A DNA stretch of 32,000 nt, from positions 660,001 to 692,000 of the forward strand of contig NC_014729.1 in the NCBI RefSeq assembly GCF_000172995.2, written 5' to 3'. Below, one piece after another: positions 1 to 8,682 of the stretch. The number at the start of each line of letters is the position of its first letter. Within the stretch, counting starts at the first letter, position 1. The translations under genes and the position numbers were made by a program. The notes beneath the pieces were generated by a model. The model was not told the origin of the DNA. It did not search any database and saw nothing but the letters and a program-made list of their open reading frames with translations. The stretch comes from Halogeometricum borinquense DSM 11551 (GTDB lineage Archaea; Halobacteriota; Halobacteria; Halobacteriales; Haloferacaceae).

Positions 1-2
1 TC

Positions 3-548
3 TACGGGGCCAGTGAGTTTGGGTCCGTCCCATCCGAGACACAGCAGGAGTGGATAACAGTCGGAACCAGGGAACTTACGGTGTGTACGGGTGTCCGGCC
101 AACGACGTTTGTCCCGCCGATGAATACCTATGACAAGAACACGACGCGGGCGGTGGCTGCGTCGAATCTCACTGTTATCTCCGGTGGGTCGTGGTTCACT
201 GAACCCTACTACGGCGAACGAGGTGTGTTCCGAGCGAGTAATGTTGTTCACGTCGGTAATACCACGGGATATGTGGCAAACTGGACGACAATGGAGACGA
301 AGTCTCGCTCCGACTTGCGCGCAGACTTCGACAAGGCGTATGCTGAGGGAGGTACGTATGCGATGATGCTTCACTACCCTCACTTCGACACCGCGGAACG
401 TCGGAGTGATCTCCGAGCACTGCTCCGCTACGCGAAGTCACACGACGGTGTTCGCTTCATGACGGTCGGAGAAGTCGGGTCACGTCTCTCGAACGAGACG
501 ATGGAACGAACGGACGAGGGGTGGCGCGTCCTCGAATCGGAACGTTAG
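3..548 (+). CDS. 3' part of a hypothetical, probably secreted/N-glycosylated protein (weakly polysaccharide-deacetylase-like); open to the left window edge
   Basis: The frame of the listed ORF 81..548 has no stop back to nt 3, so the CDS is probably truncated by the window. Composition is acidic. Five N-x-S/T sequons are present (NTT, NLT, NTT, NWT, NET). The stop overlaps the stop of the convergent dys gene (TTAG at 545-548). The functional label is only a weak recollection. Confidence 0.45.
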   Translation, partial: YGASEFGSVPSETQQEWITVGTRELTVCTGVRPTTFVPPMNTYDKNTTRAVAASNLTVISGGSWFTEPYYGERGVFRASNVVHVGNTTGYVANWTTMETKSRSDLRADFDKAYAEGGTYAMMLHYPHFDTAERRSDLRALLRYAKSHDGVRFMTVGEVGSRLSNETMERTDEGWRVLESER

Positions 549-1627
549 AACCGCTCGTCGGCACGTTCACGCGCCGCGGCGGCGACGAACGGGAGCGTGA
601 TGGTGGCGTCGCCGACGACGGTGACGTTTTTGGCGGATTTCTCCAGTTTCCCCCACGACCGGGCCTCGTCTAACGTCGCGCCCGACAGCCCGCCGGTGTG
701 ATCGGGGTCCATCGTCAATTGGACGCCGTAGTCGTACGCGTCAGGGATGGTCAGCATCGTCTGGAGGACGTAGTTTTTCGGTACGCCGCCGCCGACGACC
801 ATCGCTCCAGCTTTCTCCGCCTCGAACGCGAGGTCTGAGAGATGCGTCATATCCGTGAGGGCGTCCAGCGTGAACTCGGACGTCTGCGAGTAGATCCACG
901 CCTGAATGCCCAGCACGGAGTCCTGAATCGCCGGACAGTAGATGGGCACGTCGTGTTCGTAGGCCGCGGCGGCGATGCCGGCGTCCTCTTCGATTCCCTC
1001 CGCTCGATTGCGTTCGAGGTTCGCCCGCCCGAGTTCGGCGGTGAACTCCCGAATCGACACCGTGCGTTCGATTTCGGGGAACACGTTCTCGCGGAGGTGG
1101 CTCTCGAACAGGGCGAAGTACTCCTGCGGGAGATAGACGTTGTAGATGCGGTCTACTTGCTCGTCGCGCAAGTGTTCGTCGTGGTCGCGCAGCGTCTCAC
1201 CCGTCGGTTCTGCGTCCTCGTTCGTTGGATGCGGATCGTGCGGTTCCGCCCGCCCGTGATGGTGTTTGCCGCCGATAGCCTCGATAGCGTCGTGAGTCAG
1301 ATTCGCCCCCGTCGTGACGAGCGCGTCGATGTGGCCCTCTCGGATGAGGTCAACGACAATCTGACGCATCCCTGCCGGTACCATCGCGCCAGCGAGACCG
1401 AACAGATTCGTCACGTCGTCTCTGCCGATCATTTCGGCGTACACGTCCACCGCACGCTGGAGGTTCGCCGCACCGATGCCCGCCTTGCCGTACTCGCCCG
1501 CGAGTTCGCCGACGCTCATGCCTCCACGGACCTGTGCGTGACCGATTGGGTTCTCGTGGAACTCCTCGCGGTGTGGTGGGTGGTATTCGTCGTGGTCGTC
1601 CGTATCCTCGTGACCGTCGTCGCTCAT
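545..1627 (-). CDS. dys: deoxyhypusine synthase
   Basis: Motifs LVTTGANLTHDAIEAIGG and VGGGVPKNYVLQ are typical of DHS. I chose the start at MSDDGH (ATG 1627) rather than the upstream 1675 start. The gene lies in a cluster with aIF5A and agmatinase. Confidence 0.9.
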   Translation of the reverse strand: MSDDGHEDTDDHDEYHPPHREEFHENPIGHAQVRGGMSVGELAGEYGKAGIGAANLQRAVDVYAEMIGRDDVTNLFGLAGAMVPAGMRQIVVDLIREGHIDALVTTGANLTHDAIEAIGGKHHHGRAEPHDPHPTNEDAEPTGETLRDHDEHLRDEQVDRIYNVYLPQEYFALFESHLRENVFPEIERTVSIREFTAELGRANLERNRAEGIEEDAGIAAAAYEHDVPIYCPAIQDSVLGIQAWIYSQTSEFTLDALTDMTHLSDLAFEAEKAGAMVVGGGVPKNYVLQTMLTIPDAYDYGVQLTMDPDHTGGLSGATLDEARSWGKLEKSAKNVTVVGDATITLPFVAAAARERADERF

Positions 1628-1685
1628 ATCTCTCGGTGCGCATCCCGTCTGTTTAGTGGTCGCGGTCCGCGCCAAATCGCGCCGC

Positions 1686-2456
1686 CTACAATCCGGTCGG
1701 GAAGTCCAGATACGTCGTCTCTAGTCCCCACTCCTGCGCGAGCGCCGCGAGGTTACGCACACCGAACGTCTCAGTCGCGTAGTGTCCCGCCAAGAAGACG
1801 TTCAGGCCTGCCTCGCGCGCCTCGTGGTACACTTGCTGTTTCCCCTCGCCGGTTACGAGTGCGTCCGCACCGACGGCCTCGGCCTCCGAGAGCCAATCGA
1901 CGCCGGAACCGGTGACGATTGCAATCTCGGAAATCTCGTCGGGGCCGAAGTCGAGTACCTGCGTCGGAGTACCGCCGTTGTCGAACTCGTCTAACGCCTC
2001 ACGAAGCTTCTCGACTGAGTACGGCTGAGAAGCCTGCCCGCGTTGTCCGATGTGGACTGGACCCATCTCTCCGAACGGTTCGCGGGCCTCCAGTTCGAGC
2101 TGGTCCGCGACGCCCGCGGCGTTGCCCAGCGATTGGTGGCCATCCAACGGAAGATGCGAGACGTAGAGACCGATGTCGTTTTCGACCAACGGTGCAATAC
2201 GGTCGTACTCCTGCCCGGTCACGCGGTCCAGTCCCCCCCAGATGAGGCCGTGGTGGGTCACGAGGAGGTCCGCGCCCGCCTCCACCGCCGCTTCGATGGT
2301 TGCTTCGGCGGCGTCAACGGCGAAGGCGACGTGTTCGACTGTCCCCGACTCGCTCCCGACCTGTAGCCCGTTCGCGCTAGCGTCAACGTCCGCGTACGCG
2401 TCGGTGGCGAGTTTCTCGTCGTACCGTGCGATTACGTCGGCGCGGTCCATCGTCAT
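1686..2456 (-). CDS. Nif3-like dinuclear metal centre protein (NIF3/YbgI family)
   Basis: Motifs DLLVTHHGLIWGG, YVSHLPLDGH and FLAGHYATETFG are present. I chose the start at MTMDRADV (ATG 2456). The longer ORF prefix, up to 2720, is basic S/P/K-rich sequence that overlaps the agmatinase 3' end. Confidence 0.85.
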   Translation of the reverse strand: MTMDRADVIARYDEKLATDAYADVDASANGLQVGSESGTVEHVAFAVDAAEATIEAAVEAGADLLVTHHGLIWGGLDRVTGQEYDRIAPLVENDIGLYVSHLPLDGHQSLGNAAGVADQLELEAREPFGEMGPVHIGQRGQASQPYSVEKLREALDEFDNGGTPTQVLDFGPDEISEIAIVTGSGVDWLSEAEAVGADALVTGEGKQQVYHEAREAGLNVFLAGHYATETFGVRNLAALAQEWGLETTYLDFPTGL

Positions 2457-2637
2457 AGGCGACTCGTGGACCGCCCGTGGCTTGTATCCCGTTGGTTCGG
2501 ATGCTTGTGGGGGAGGAGCCGACACGCTCGCAGAGCAAGGATGACAAACGTCCAAACAGAACGACGGGGGCAGAGTGGCACCGGCCGTGATACCAGTGTC
2601 TTGGATTGCTACTCCGCGTTTTCGGTGTTTTAGCTCT

Positions 2638-3486
2638 CTATTCCGCGTTTTCGGCGTCTTGGCCACCTTCGTCGTCGGCGCTCGCGTGCGAAAAGACGAA
2701 CTCGCGGAGGAGCTTCCCACCCAATGACGCGGCTTGGCCGTCGTCGCGGTCGTTCACCTCGACAACGTCGAAGCCGTCTGCGTTGGGTGCGACGGTTCGG
2801 ACTACGTCGCGCATCTCTCGCGGAGCCATCCCGAACGGTTCTGGTGTTCCCGTTCCCGGCGCGAACGCGGGGTCCGCGCCGTCGATGTCCACGCTGAGGT
2901 AGACTGATCGCCCGTCCAAGCGGTCACCGAAGTCGAAATCGGCAACGGCTTCGGGAGCGACGACGGTCACGTCTTCGGCCTCGGCGCGGTCCCATTCCTC
3001 TGGCGACCCGGTTCTCGCACCGAGGATGATCGCTTCCTCGGCGCCGAGAGTGTCGAGGACGCGTCGAGTGATGGTCGCGTGACTCCACTCGTTGCCGTCG
3101 TACTCGGATCGTAAGTCGAGATGCGCGTCGAGACAGACGAACACGTCGGGTTCGACGGCGTCTACACCGGCGTAGGTGACGGTGTGTTCGCCGCCGAGGA
3201 GAAGCGGAACGGCGTCGTCGAATCGTACGTCTCGGAGTGTTCCAGCGACCCACTCGACGTACTCTTGGGCGTCGTCCCACGGGTGGATATCGCCCTCATC
3301 GTGGACACAACAGTCGGAAAAGTGCAGGTCGGTCCGCCGGTCGTAGTCGTCGAACGTCCGGGCGAACCGCCGGATTCTCTCGGGACCAAATCGGGTCCCA
3401 GGTCGGAACGTTGTCGAGATATCCAGCGGGGCGCCCACGACGACGTACGCGGCGTCGTCACGTGATGCGGTTGCCCCGGGAAACAT
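2638..3486 (-). CDS. speB: agmatinase (arginase/ureohydrolase family)
   Basis: Mn-binding motifs GGEHTVT, DAHLDLR and SVDIDGADPAFAPGTGTPEPFG are present. The gene sits directly downstream of aIF5A on the same strand with a 5-nt gap. Confidence 0.9.
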   Translation of the reverse strand: MFPGATASRDDAAYVVVGAPLDISTTFRPGTRFGPERIRRFARTFDDYDRRTDLHFSDCCVHDEGDIHPWDDAQEYVEWVAGTLRDVRFDDAVPLLLGGEHTVTYAGVDAVEPDVFVCLDAHLDLRSEYDGNEWSHATITRRVLDTLGAEEAIILGARTGSPEEWDRAEAEDVTVVAPEAVADFDFGDRLDGRSVYLSVDIDGADPAFAPGTGTPEPFGMAPREMRDVVRTVAPNADGFDVVEVNDRDDGQAASLGGKLLREFVFSHASADDEGGQDAENAE

Positions 3487-3491
3487 CCCGA

Positions 3492-3866
3492 TTAGACGAT
3501 CTTTCGCTGACCTTCGTATTCGAGGTACTCGATCTCGTCCTCGGGCGAGAGGTCCTCGTCCTCGGGGATACGCATCGTGAACGTCTCGTACGTGCTGAGG
3601 TCCATGATCTGCGCGTCAGAGCCCGTCACAGAGACGACCTGTCCCTGTTTGCGCTCGATGATCGGCACCCACACCTTCGCGTCAACGGGCTGGCTGAGCG
3701 AGCGTTTCTTACTGTCGAAGACGCCCTTACCCTCGATTCGGGCCTTTGCACTGCCGTGCTTGCCGGGTTTGGCCGTGCTGTACGCATTAATTTTACACGG
3801 CGACTCATCCATCATCACGTAGCTACCTTCTTGAAGTTCGCGGACCTGCTTCTGTTCTTTAGGCAT
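3492..3866 (-). CDS. eif5a: translation initiation factor 5A (aIF5A)
   Basis: The sequence [22 protein letters not shown] contains the (deoxy)hypusine-acceptor Lys in the GKHG loop. The 124-aa length is typical. Confidence 0.95.
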   Translation of the reverse strand: MPKEQKQVRELQEGSYVMMDESPCKINAYSTAKPGKHGSAKARIEGKGVFDSKKRSLSQPVDAKVWVPIIERKQGQVVSVTGSDAQIMDLSTYETFTMRIPEDEDLSPEDEIEYLEYEGQRKIV

Positions 3867-3890
3867 ATCTGCGCGTTATCGGCAGACCGG

Positions 3891-3896
3891 TATAAA
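3891..3896 (-). promoter_or_regulatory. TATA-like box (TTTATA on the minus strand) for aIF5A-speB
   Basis: The element is centred about 27 nt upstream of the aIF5A ATG (3866). This spacing fits a leaderless haloarchaeal transcript. Confidence 0.4.
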
Positions 3897-4080
3897 CGGT
3901 TTGGAAACGGTTTATCCCCGCGTTCACCCTCGTGAACGGGTCACGAACGTGACGACGAGACGACTCGCTCTCGTCGCTGCTGAACCGCTATCGAACGACA
4001 CGAACGTCTGTCCTGTTTGAAACGGTGTTAACGATATTCACGTGATAGAGTACATCGGTGGGGAGGGAGAGTTTCGAACC

Positions 4081-4632
4081 ATGCCGCAGGATACGACTGC
4101 TCGCACCGACGCCGCTGTCAGTACTGTCGTCTACCGTCTTCGTCTGCCGCAGGGAGAGTCTCTCGCACGCCGCCTCCTCGCCGCTGAGTACGACCCCGAC
4201 GAAGGGCGCGGCCTCCTCCCGTCGGCGGTCGCCGCCTTCCGCATTGTTCGCCGTCGTCTCGGGTACGACGTCCCGCCGCTCTGCGATGCGGCCGAGACGC
4301 TCGATATCGACCCCCGCGACGTCGTCGCGGCGGAGCGAACGTTGGCCGCGTCGCTCTCGCCGCCCGCCGACGAGGACGAACAGCAACGACTGGACGACGC
4401 AATTCAGTCCATCCGAAACCGTCTTCAGACGGCTGAAGATGATGGAAATCCGGGGCATCACGGCCGGATGGTGTGTCCGGGAGAGAGCGCCGCTGAACTC
4501 CGCGCGCACCTCGACCGATTAGAAGCCGACCGGTCGATGGCGCGCCTGGGATTCACGCTGTACGACCTCGCTCACGGGAACAGCATCGCCCGAACGGGAC
4601 GACGGCCACAGAGCGGCGCGGACCACGCGTAA
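4081..4632 (+). CDS. hypothetical protein (acidic, soluble)
   Basis: This is the ORF 4042..4632. I prefer the ATG at 4081 (MPQDTT) over the GTG at 4042. The acidic composition fits the proteome better than the overlapping minus-strand ORF 3988..4509, which is R-rich. I recognised no motif. Confidence 0.45.
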   Translation: MPQDTTARTDAAVSTVVYRLRLPQGESLARRLLAAEYDPDEGRGLLPSAVAAFRIVRRRLGYDVPPLCDAAETLDIDPRDVVAAERTLAASLSPPADEDEQQRLDDAIQSIRNRLQTAEDDGNPGHHGRMVCPGESAAELRAHLDRLEADRSMARLGFTLYDLAHGNSIARTGRRPQSGADHA

Positions 4633-4651
4633 GTACGCGATAGCTGGTTAC

Positions 4652-5086
4652 TCAGGCTTCGTTCTCCGTATCTAACCATCCGTCCACGCCACCCGGCCCG
4701 TCTTCGTCGCGTCCGTCGCGTTCTCGTGAGAGACTTCCGAGGATACCCACCGCGACGTTCGGGAGCGTGACCGCAAGGAGTACTCCCGTCGTCGCTTCAC
4801 CGGGTGTATCGAACAACGGAGCGAGATATTCGAACGGGAACGGAAGCGTCCCGCCGCCGACGACGGCGAGTGCGACCAGGCCCGGGATGAGAACGATGCC
4901 CCACGTGAGCGCAGACAGCAGTCCGTGCCACGCCCCGTCGGCGGGATCTGGGCCAACTAGGTAGCCCGCGAAGGCGCTTCCGGCCAGTCCACCGACAAGC
5001 GTCACCCTTCCTGTCAATAAAAACACAATCGCTTCGCTGCATGCCGCGAGTGCAAATCCGGCTACCACGGCCCGCCAGCGGGTCAT
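4652..5086 (-). CDS. small integral membrane protein (about 4 TM, acidic C-terminal tail)
   Basis: Four hydrophobic G/A/L/V-rich segments are followed by a tail ending ...DGRDEDGPGGVDGWLDTENEA. Confidence 0.6.
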   Translation of the reverse strand: MTRWRAVVAGFALAACSEAIVFLLTGRVTLVGGLAGSAFAGYLVGPDPADGAWHGLLSALTWGIVLIPGLVALAVVGGGTLPFPFEYLAPLFDTPGEATTGVLLAVTLPNVAVGILGSLSRERDGRDEDGPGGVDGWLDTENEA

Positions 5087-5176
5087 TGGGGGGAAGATAC
5101 ACTACCATCCGCAATAAACGTCCGCCTCCAAAACTCAGCTTTGATAAGTATACTCGATGGGAGAGAACCGACCGTC

Positions 5177-6856
5177 TCAGTCTTCGCCGCGCTGCTGCCG
5201 CATGTTTTGTCGAGTGAACTGTGGCGTCGTTTTGAGGCCTCGTTTTTTGCGGAACGACCGGTAGAGTTGGATGATAATGGGCAGCGTCAACGCCGCGGCG
5301 ACGGCAGCGGGGACGACGCTGGTTTGGTCGAAGGCATAGAGAATTGCCGTCGAGAGGACGCCGACGGCGAGAAGGAGACCGTAGACGATCCGGCGCGCCA
5401 GTTTATCCAGCACGTTGTTTTTGTCCTCGAGTCGGACGTTGACCGTCAGGTTCTCGCGTTCGACGCTATCGAGGACGCGGTCGAGTTTCGGCGGGACGGT
5501 GAACATCGCTTCCGTCGTCCGTTGCATCTGTCGTCCGGTATCTGCGACGATCTCTTTGGCCGTCTCCTCGTAGTATCCCTCTTCGCGGAGGTAGTCCGTG
5601 GCGACTGAGATGAAGTCGAACTCCTGATCGAGGGTGACGCAGACACCCTCTACGACAGTTGCCACTCGGAGGACGAGTGCGAGGTTTCGCGGTAATCTAA
5701 GCGGGAACTCGTAGATGGTGGACTCGACCTGCTCGATAATCTGCTGGACGCGGTACTGTTCGATGTCCTCGCCGCGGGCGTCGGCGATGGCTAACTCCAT
5801 CACATCGCCCATGACCCGCCGATCCGCTTCGGGCGAGAGCGTCCCCATCTCAACGAGCGCGTCTAAGATGCCGTCGATGTCTTGGTTGGCGACAGCGACG
5901 TAGAAGTCTACAATCTTGTCCTGAACGAACGGATCGACGCGGCCGGACATACCGAAGTCGTAGAAGATGATGCGACCTTCCTCGTCCACGGCGAGGTTTC
6001 CGGGATGTGGGTCGGCGTGAAAGACGCCGTCGTCGATGATCATCTGGAGGTAGATTCGTTGGAGTCGCGTCGCCAACTCCGTCCGGTCGATTCCCTCCAT
6101 ATCGATGGTTTCCAGGTCGTTTATCTTCGTTCCGGGTAGATACTCCATCGTCAACACGCGCGGTCCCGAACGCTCTTCGACCGGTTTGGGGATTCGGATC
6201 GTTCCGTTGCCGTTGAAGTTCGATTGAATCTGTTCGAGAATACGTCGCTCCCTGCTGTAGTCCATCTCCTGCCGGATGGTCTTGGCGAACTCGTCGGCGA
6301 GGTTCTCCAAAGAGAACGCTCTCCCTTGCCCGATAAAGCGCATGATGAACGGAAGCGACCACCGGATCACGCGGAGGTCTGCCTCGACGAGCGATTCGAT
6401 GCCGGGCCGTCGAACCTTCACCGCCACATCGTCGCCGTCGTACTGGGCGGTGTACACCTGTCCGAGACTCGCCCCGCTTATCGGGTCGTTATCGAACGAC
6501 TCGAACACCTCGTCAACCGGTCCGAGTTCCTCTTCGATCACCTGCTTTGTCTCCTCCCAAGGCGCGGGCGGCACATCGTCCTGCAGACTCGACAGCACGT
6601 CGATGTACTGCGGCGGCAGGATGTCCGGACGCGTCGAGAGCAGTTGGCCGAGTTTGATGAACGTCGGTCCGAGTGTCAGAAGCGAGTCGAGTAGTATCTC
6701 GGCCCGTTTCGACTGCATCTCGGCTGTGACGGTCCGACTACCACCGAACAGGAGGTACGTTCGACGGTCGCGGGCGTAGGCAACAATTAGCGGGAAAAAC
6801 TGGTAGACGACGACCAGAAACCGCCAATATGAGCGTAGATTGACCAGCGTCACCAC
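5177..6856 (-). CDS. ABC1/UbiB/AarF-family atypical kinase with C-terminal TM anchor
   Basis: Motifs ISGASLGQVYTA...VAVKVRRPG and FHADPHPGNL are present. A C-terminal hydrophobic segment reads LLLAVGVLSTAILYAF...ALTLPIIIQLY. Confidence 0.85.
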   Translation of the reverse strand: MVTLVNLRSYWRFLVVVYQFFPLIVAYARDRRTYLLFGGSRTVTAEMQSKRAEILLDSLLTLGPTFIKLGQLLSTRPDILPPQYIDVLSSLQDDVPPAPWEETKQVIEEELGPVDEVFESFDNDPISGASLGQVYTAQYDGDDVAVKVRRPGIESLVEADLRVIRWSLPFIMRFIGQGRAFSLENLADEFAKTIRQEMDYSRERRILEQIQSNFNGNGTIRIPKPVEERSGPRVLTMEYLPGTKINDLETIDMEGIDRTELATRLQRIYLQMIIDDGVFHADPHPGNLAVDEEGRIIFYDFGMSGRVDPFVQDKIVDFYVAVANQDIDGILDALVEMGTLSPEADRRVMGDVMELAIADARGEDIEQYRVQQIIEQVESTIYEFPLRLPRNLALVLRVATVVEGVCVTLDQEFDFISVATDYLREEGYYEETAKEIVADTGRQMQRTTEAMFTVPPKLDRVLDSVERENLTVNVRLEDKNNVLDKLARRIVYGLLLAVGVLSTAILYAFDQTSVVPAAVAAALTLPIIIQLYRSFRKKRGLKTTPQFTRQNMRQQRGED

Positions 6857-6868
6857 CTCACCGCGCGG

Positions 6869-7240
6869 TCAGGCCTCGGTGTCGTCGGCACTGGTGACGG
6901 GGATGGTCCGTTCGGGTGCGGCGTCGCGTTTCGGTAAGCGAATGGTGAGGACCCCGCGGTCTATCTCGCTGTCGGCCCCGGCACCCGTCGCGTCCGGCGG
7001 AAGCGGAATTTCGGCATCGAGAAACAGCGACCGGTCCTCGCGGACGTAGCGGAACTCGGGCGGAAGTTGCTTGTCGCGGCGCGCCTCGATGACAAGACGC
7101 CCCTTCTCGACGCGGACCTCCACCGTGTCGGGAGTGACCCCGGGAAGATCCAAAACGAGGAGGTACGCATCGTCGGACTCCAACAGGTCAGCGAACACCG
7201 CGTCCGGAAGTTCCTGAAGCGCGTCCCGCAGTGCAGACAT
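6869..7240 (-). CDS. hsp20: Hsp20/alpha-crystallin family small heat-shock protein
   Basis: The alpha-crystallin core pattern is present: YLLVLDLPGVTPDTVEVRVEKGRLVIEARR ... GVLTIRLPK. Confidence 0.8.
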   Translation of the reverse strand: MSALRDALQELPDAVFADLLESDDAYLLVLDLPGVTPDTVEVRVEKGRLVIEARRDKQLPPEFRYVREDRSLFLDAEIPLPPDATGAGADSEIDRGVLTIRLPKRDAAPERTIPVTSADDTEA

Positions 7241-7404
7241 ACCAATGCGTACGGATGCCGGGTCGAAAAAGGCCGCGGTCGGCGGCTCGTTGCCGGATTA
7301 CTTTGCGGCCCTGCCGCCGGAATCGACCCCAAAACACACCGAATCTGACGCCCCGCGCGCTCGACGCGCGGAGCCTTTTATGCTCCGCCCGCCAACTCCC
7401 GGCC

Positions 7405-8682
7405 ATGACGAACGCGCACGACCGGCAGACCGCCGGGTTCAAAGAGCGCACGCGGCTCGCCGACGCACGGGAGACGCTTCTTGCGGCGGCGACACCGCAC
7501 CAACGGACTGACACGCTCCCGCTCGGGCGGGTGGACGGTCGATCCCTTGCGGAGGCAGTCACCGCAGCGAATCCGGTCCCGAACTACGACCGCGCGGCGA
7601 TGGACGGGTGGGCCGTCCGCGCCGAAGACACGTTCGGTGCATCGGACCGGTCACCCTCGATTCTCCGCGTGGCAGTCAGCGAGGCCGAATCAGACGCCGA
7701 CGCCGCTGTCGAACCGGGATCAGCCGTCCGCGTCCACACGGGGAGCGAACTCCCGCCGGGTGCGGACGCCGTAGTCATGGTCGAACACGCGGACGTCGTC
7801 GGCAGCGAATTAGAGGTGTTCGACGCCGTTACCGAGGGAGAGAACGTCGGCGATGCGGGCGAAGATGTGGCGGAAGGACAGGAACTGTTCGATATCGGTC
7901 ACGAACTTCGCCCCTCCGACCTCGGGCTGCTGAAATCCGTCGGCCGCGACGAAGTGACGGTGTACGACCGGCCGACGGTCGGTGTGATCCCGACCGGCGA
8001 AGAACTCGTTCAGTCCGATCCTGAACCGGGGGAGGTCGTCGAGACGAACGGACTCACCGTCTCGCGGTTGGTTCACCGATGGGGCGGCGTGGCGACGTAC
8101 CGCAATGTAGTGACCGACGACCCGGCCGCTCTCCGTGCAGCCGTCCAACGGGATCTGACAAAGGACGTGGTTGTGACGACCGGCGGCTCCTCCGTCGGCG
8201 AGCGCGACCTGATTCCCGAAGTCGTGGACGAACTGGGCGAGGTACTCGTCCACGGTGTCGCCCTGAAACCGGGGCATCCTGTCGCCCTCGGCGTCGTCGA
8301 GGACACACCGGTCGTGATGCTCCCCGGCTATCCTGTCGCCTGCATCGTCAACGCCGTCCAGTTCCTCCGTCCGCTCCTGAAGCACGTCGGCCACCTCGAC
8401 GGCCGCCCGTACCCGTCTGTCGAGGCCCGTCTCGAACGGAAGATACCGAGCGAGCCCGGTGTGCGGACGTTCGCGCGCGTTCGCCTCCGCGAGGAGAACG
8501 ACGAGGGGGACAACGGTGGAAACGACCCGGTCGAACGAATCGCCGAACCGACTCGTACCTCCGGGTCGGGCGTTCTCTCCTCCGTCGCACTCGCTGATGG
8601 GTGGGTTGCCGTCCCCGAGGAGACGGAAGGATACGCCAAGGGTGAAACCGTGACTGTCGAAGGCTGGGAGTGGTCGGCGTGA
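7405..8682 (+). CDS. moeA: molybdopterin molybdotransferase MoeA
   Basis: Motifs NYDRAAMDGWAV, VVTTGGSSVGERD and LPGYPVA are present. I chose the start at MTNAHDR (ATG 7405). The upstream part of ORF 7231.. is R/P-rich and overlaps the hsp20 promoter region. Confidence 0.85.
   Translation: MTNAHDRQTAGFKERTRLADARETLLAAATPHQRTDTLPLGRVDGRSLAEAVTAANPVPNYDRAAMDGWAVRAEDTFGASDRSPSILRVAVSEAESDADAAVEPGSAVRVHTGSELPPGADAVVMVEHADVVGSELEVFDAVTEGENVGDAGEDVAEGQELFDIGHELRPSDLGLLKSVGRDEVTVYDRPTVGVIPTGEELVQSDPEPGEVVETNGLTVSRLVHRWGGVATYRNVVTDDPAALRAAVQRDLTKDVVVTTGGSSVGERDLIPEVVDELGEVLVHGVALKPGHPVALGVVEDTPVVMLPGYPVACIVNAVQFLRPLLKHVGHLDGRPYPSVEARLERKIPSEPGVRTFARVRLREENDEGDNGGNDPVERIAEPTRTSGSGVLSSVALADGWVAVPEETEGYAKGETVTVEGWEWSA

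Noticed and set aside
842-1915. 357-aa plus-strand ORF
   Set aside because: It is antisense to dys and the NIF3 gene. The product is R/V/P-rich and ends in an R/P run. Both overlapped minus-strand genes have unambiguous family motifs.
3988-4509. 173-aa minus-strand ORF competing with plus ORF 4042..4632
   Set aside because: Its composition is R-rich. The plus frame is acidic and would be divergently transcribed from the aIF5A promoter region. The choice remains uncertain, so the plus-strand feature has lowered confidence.
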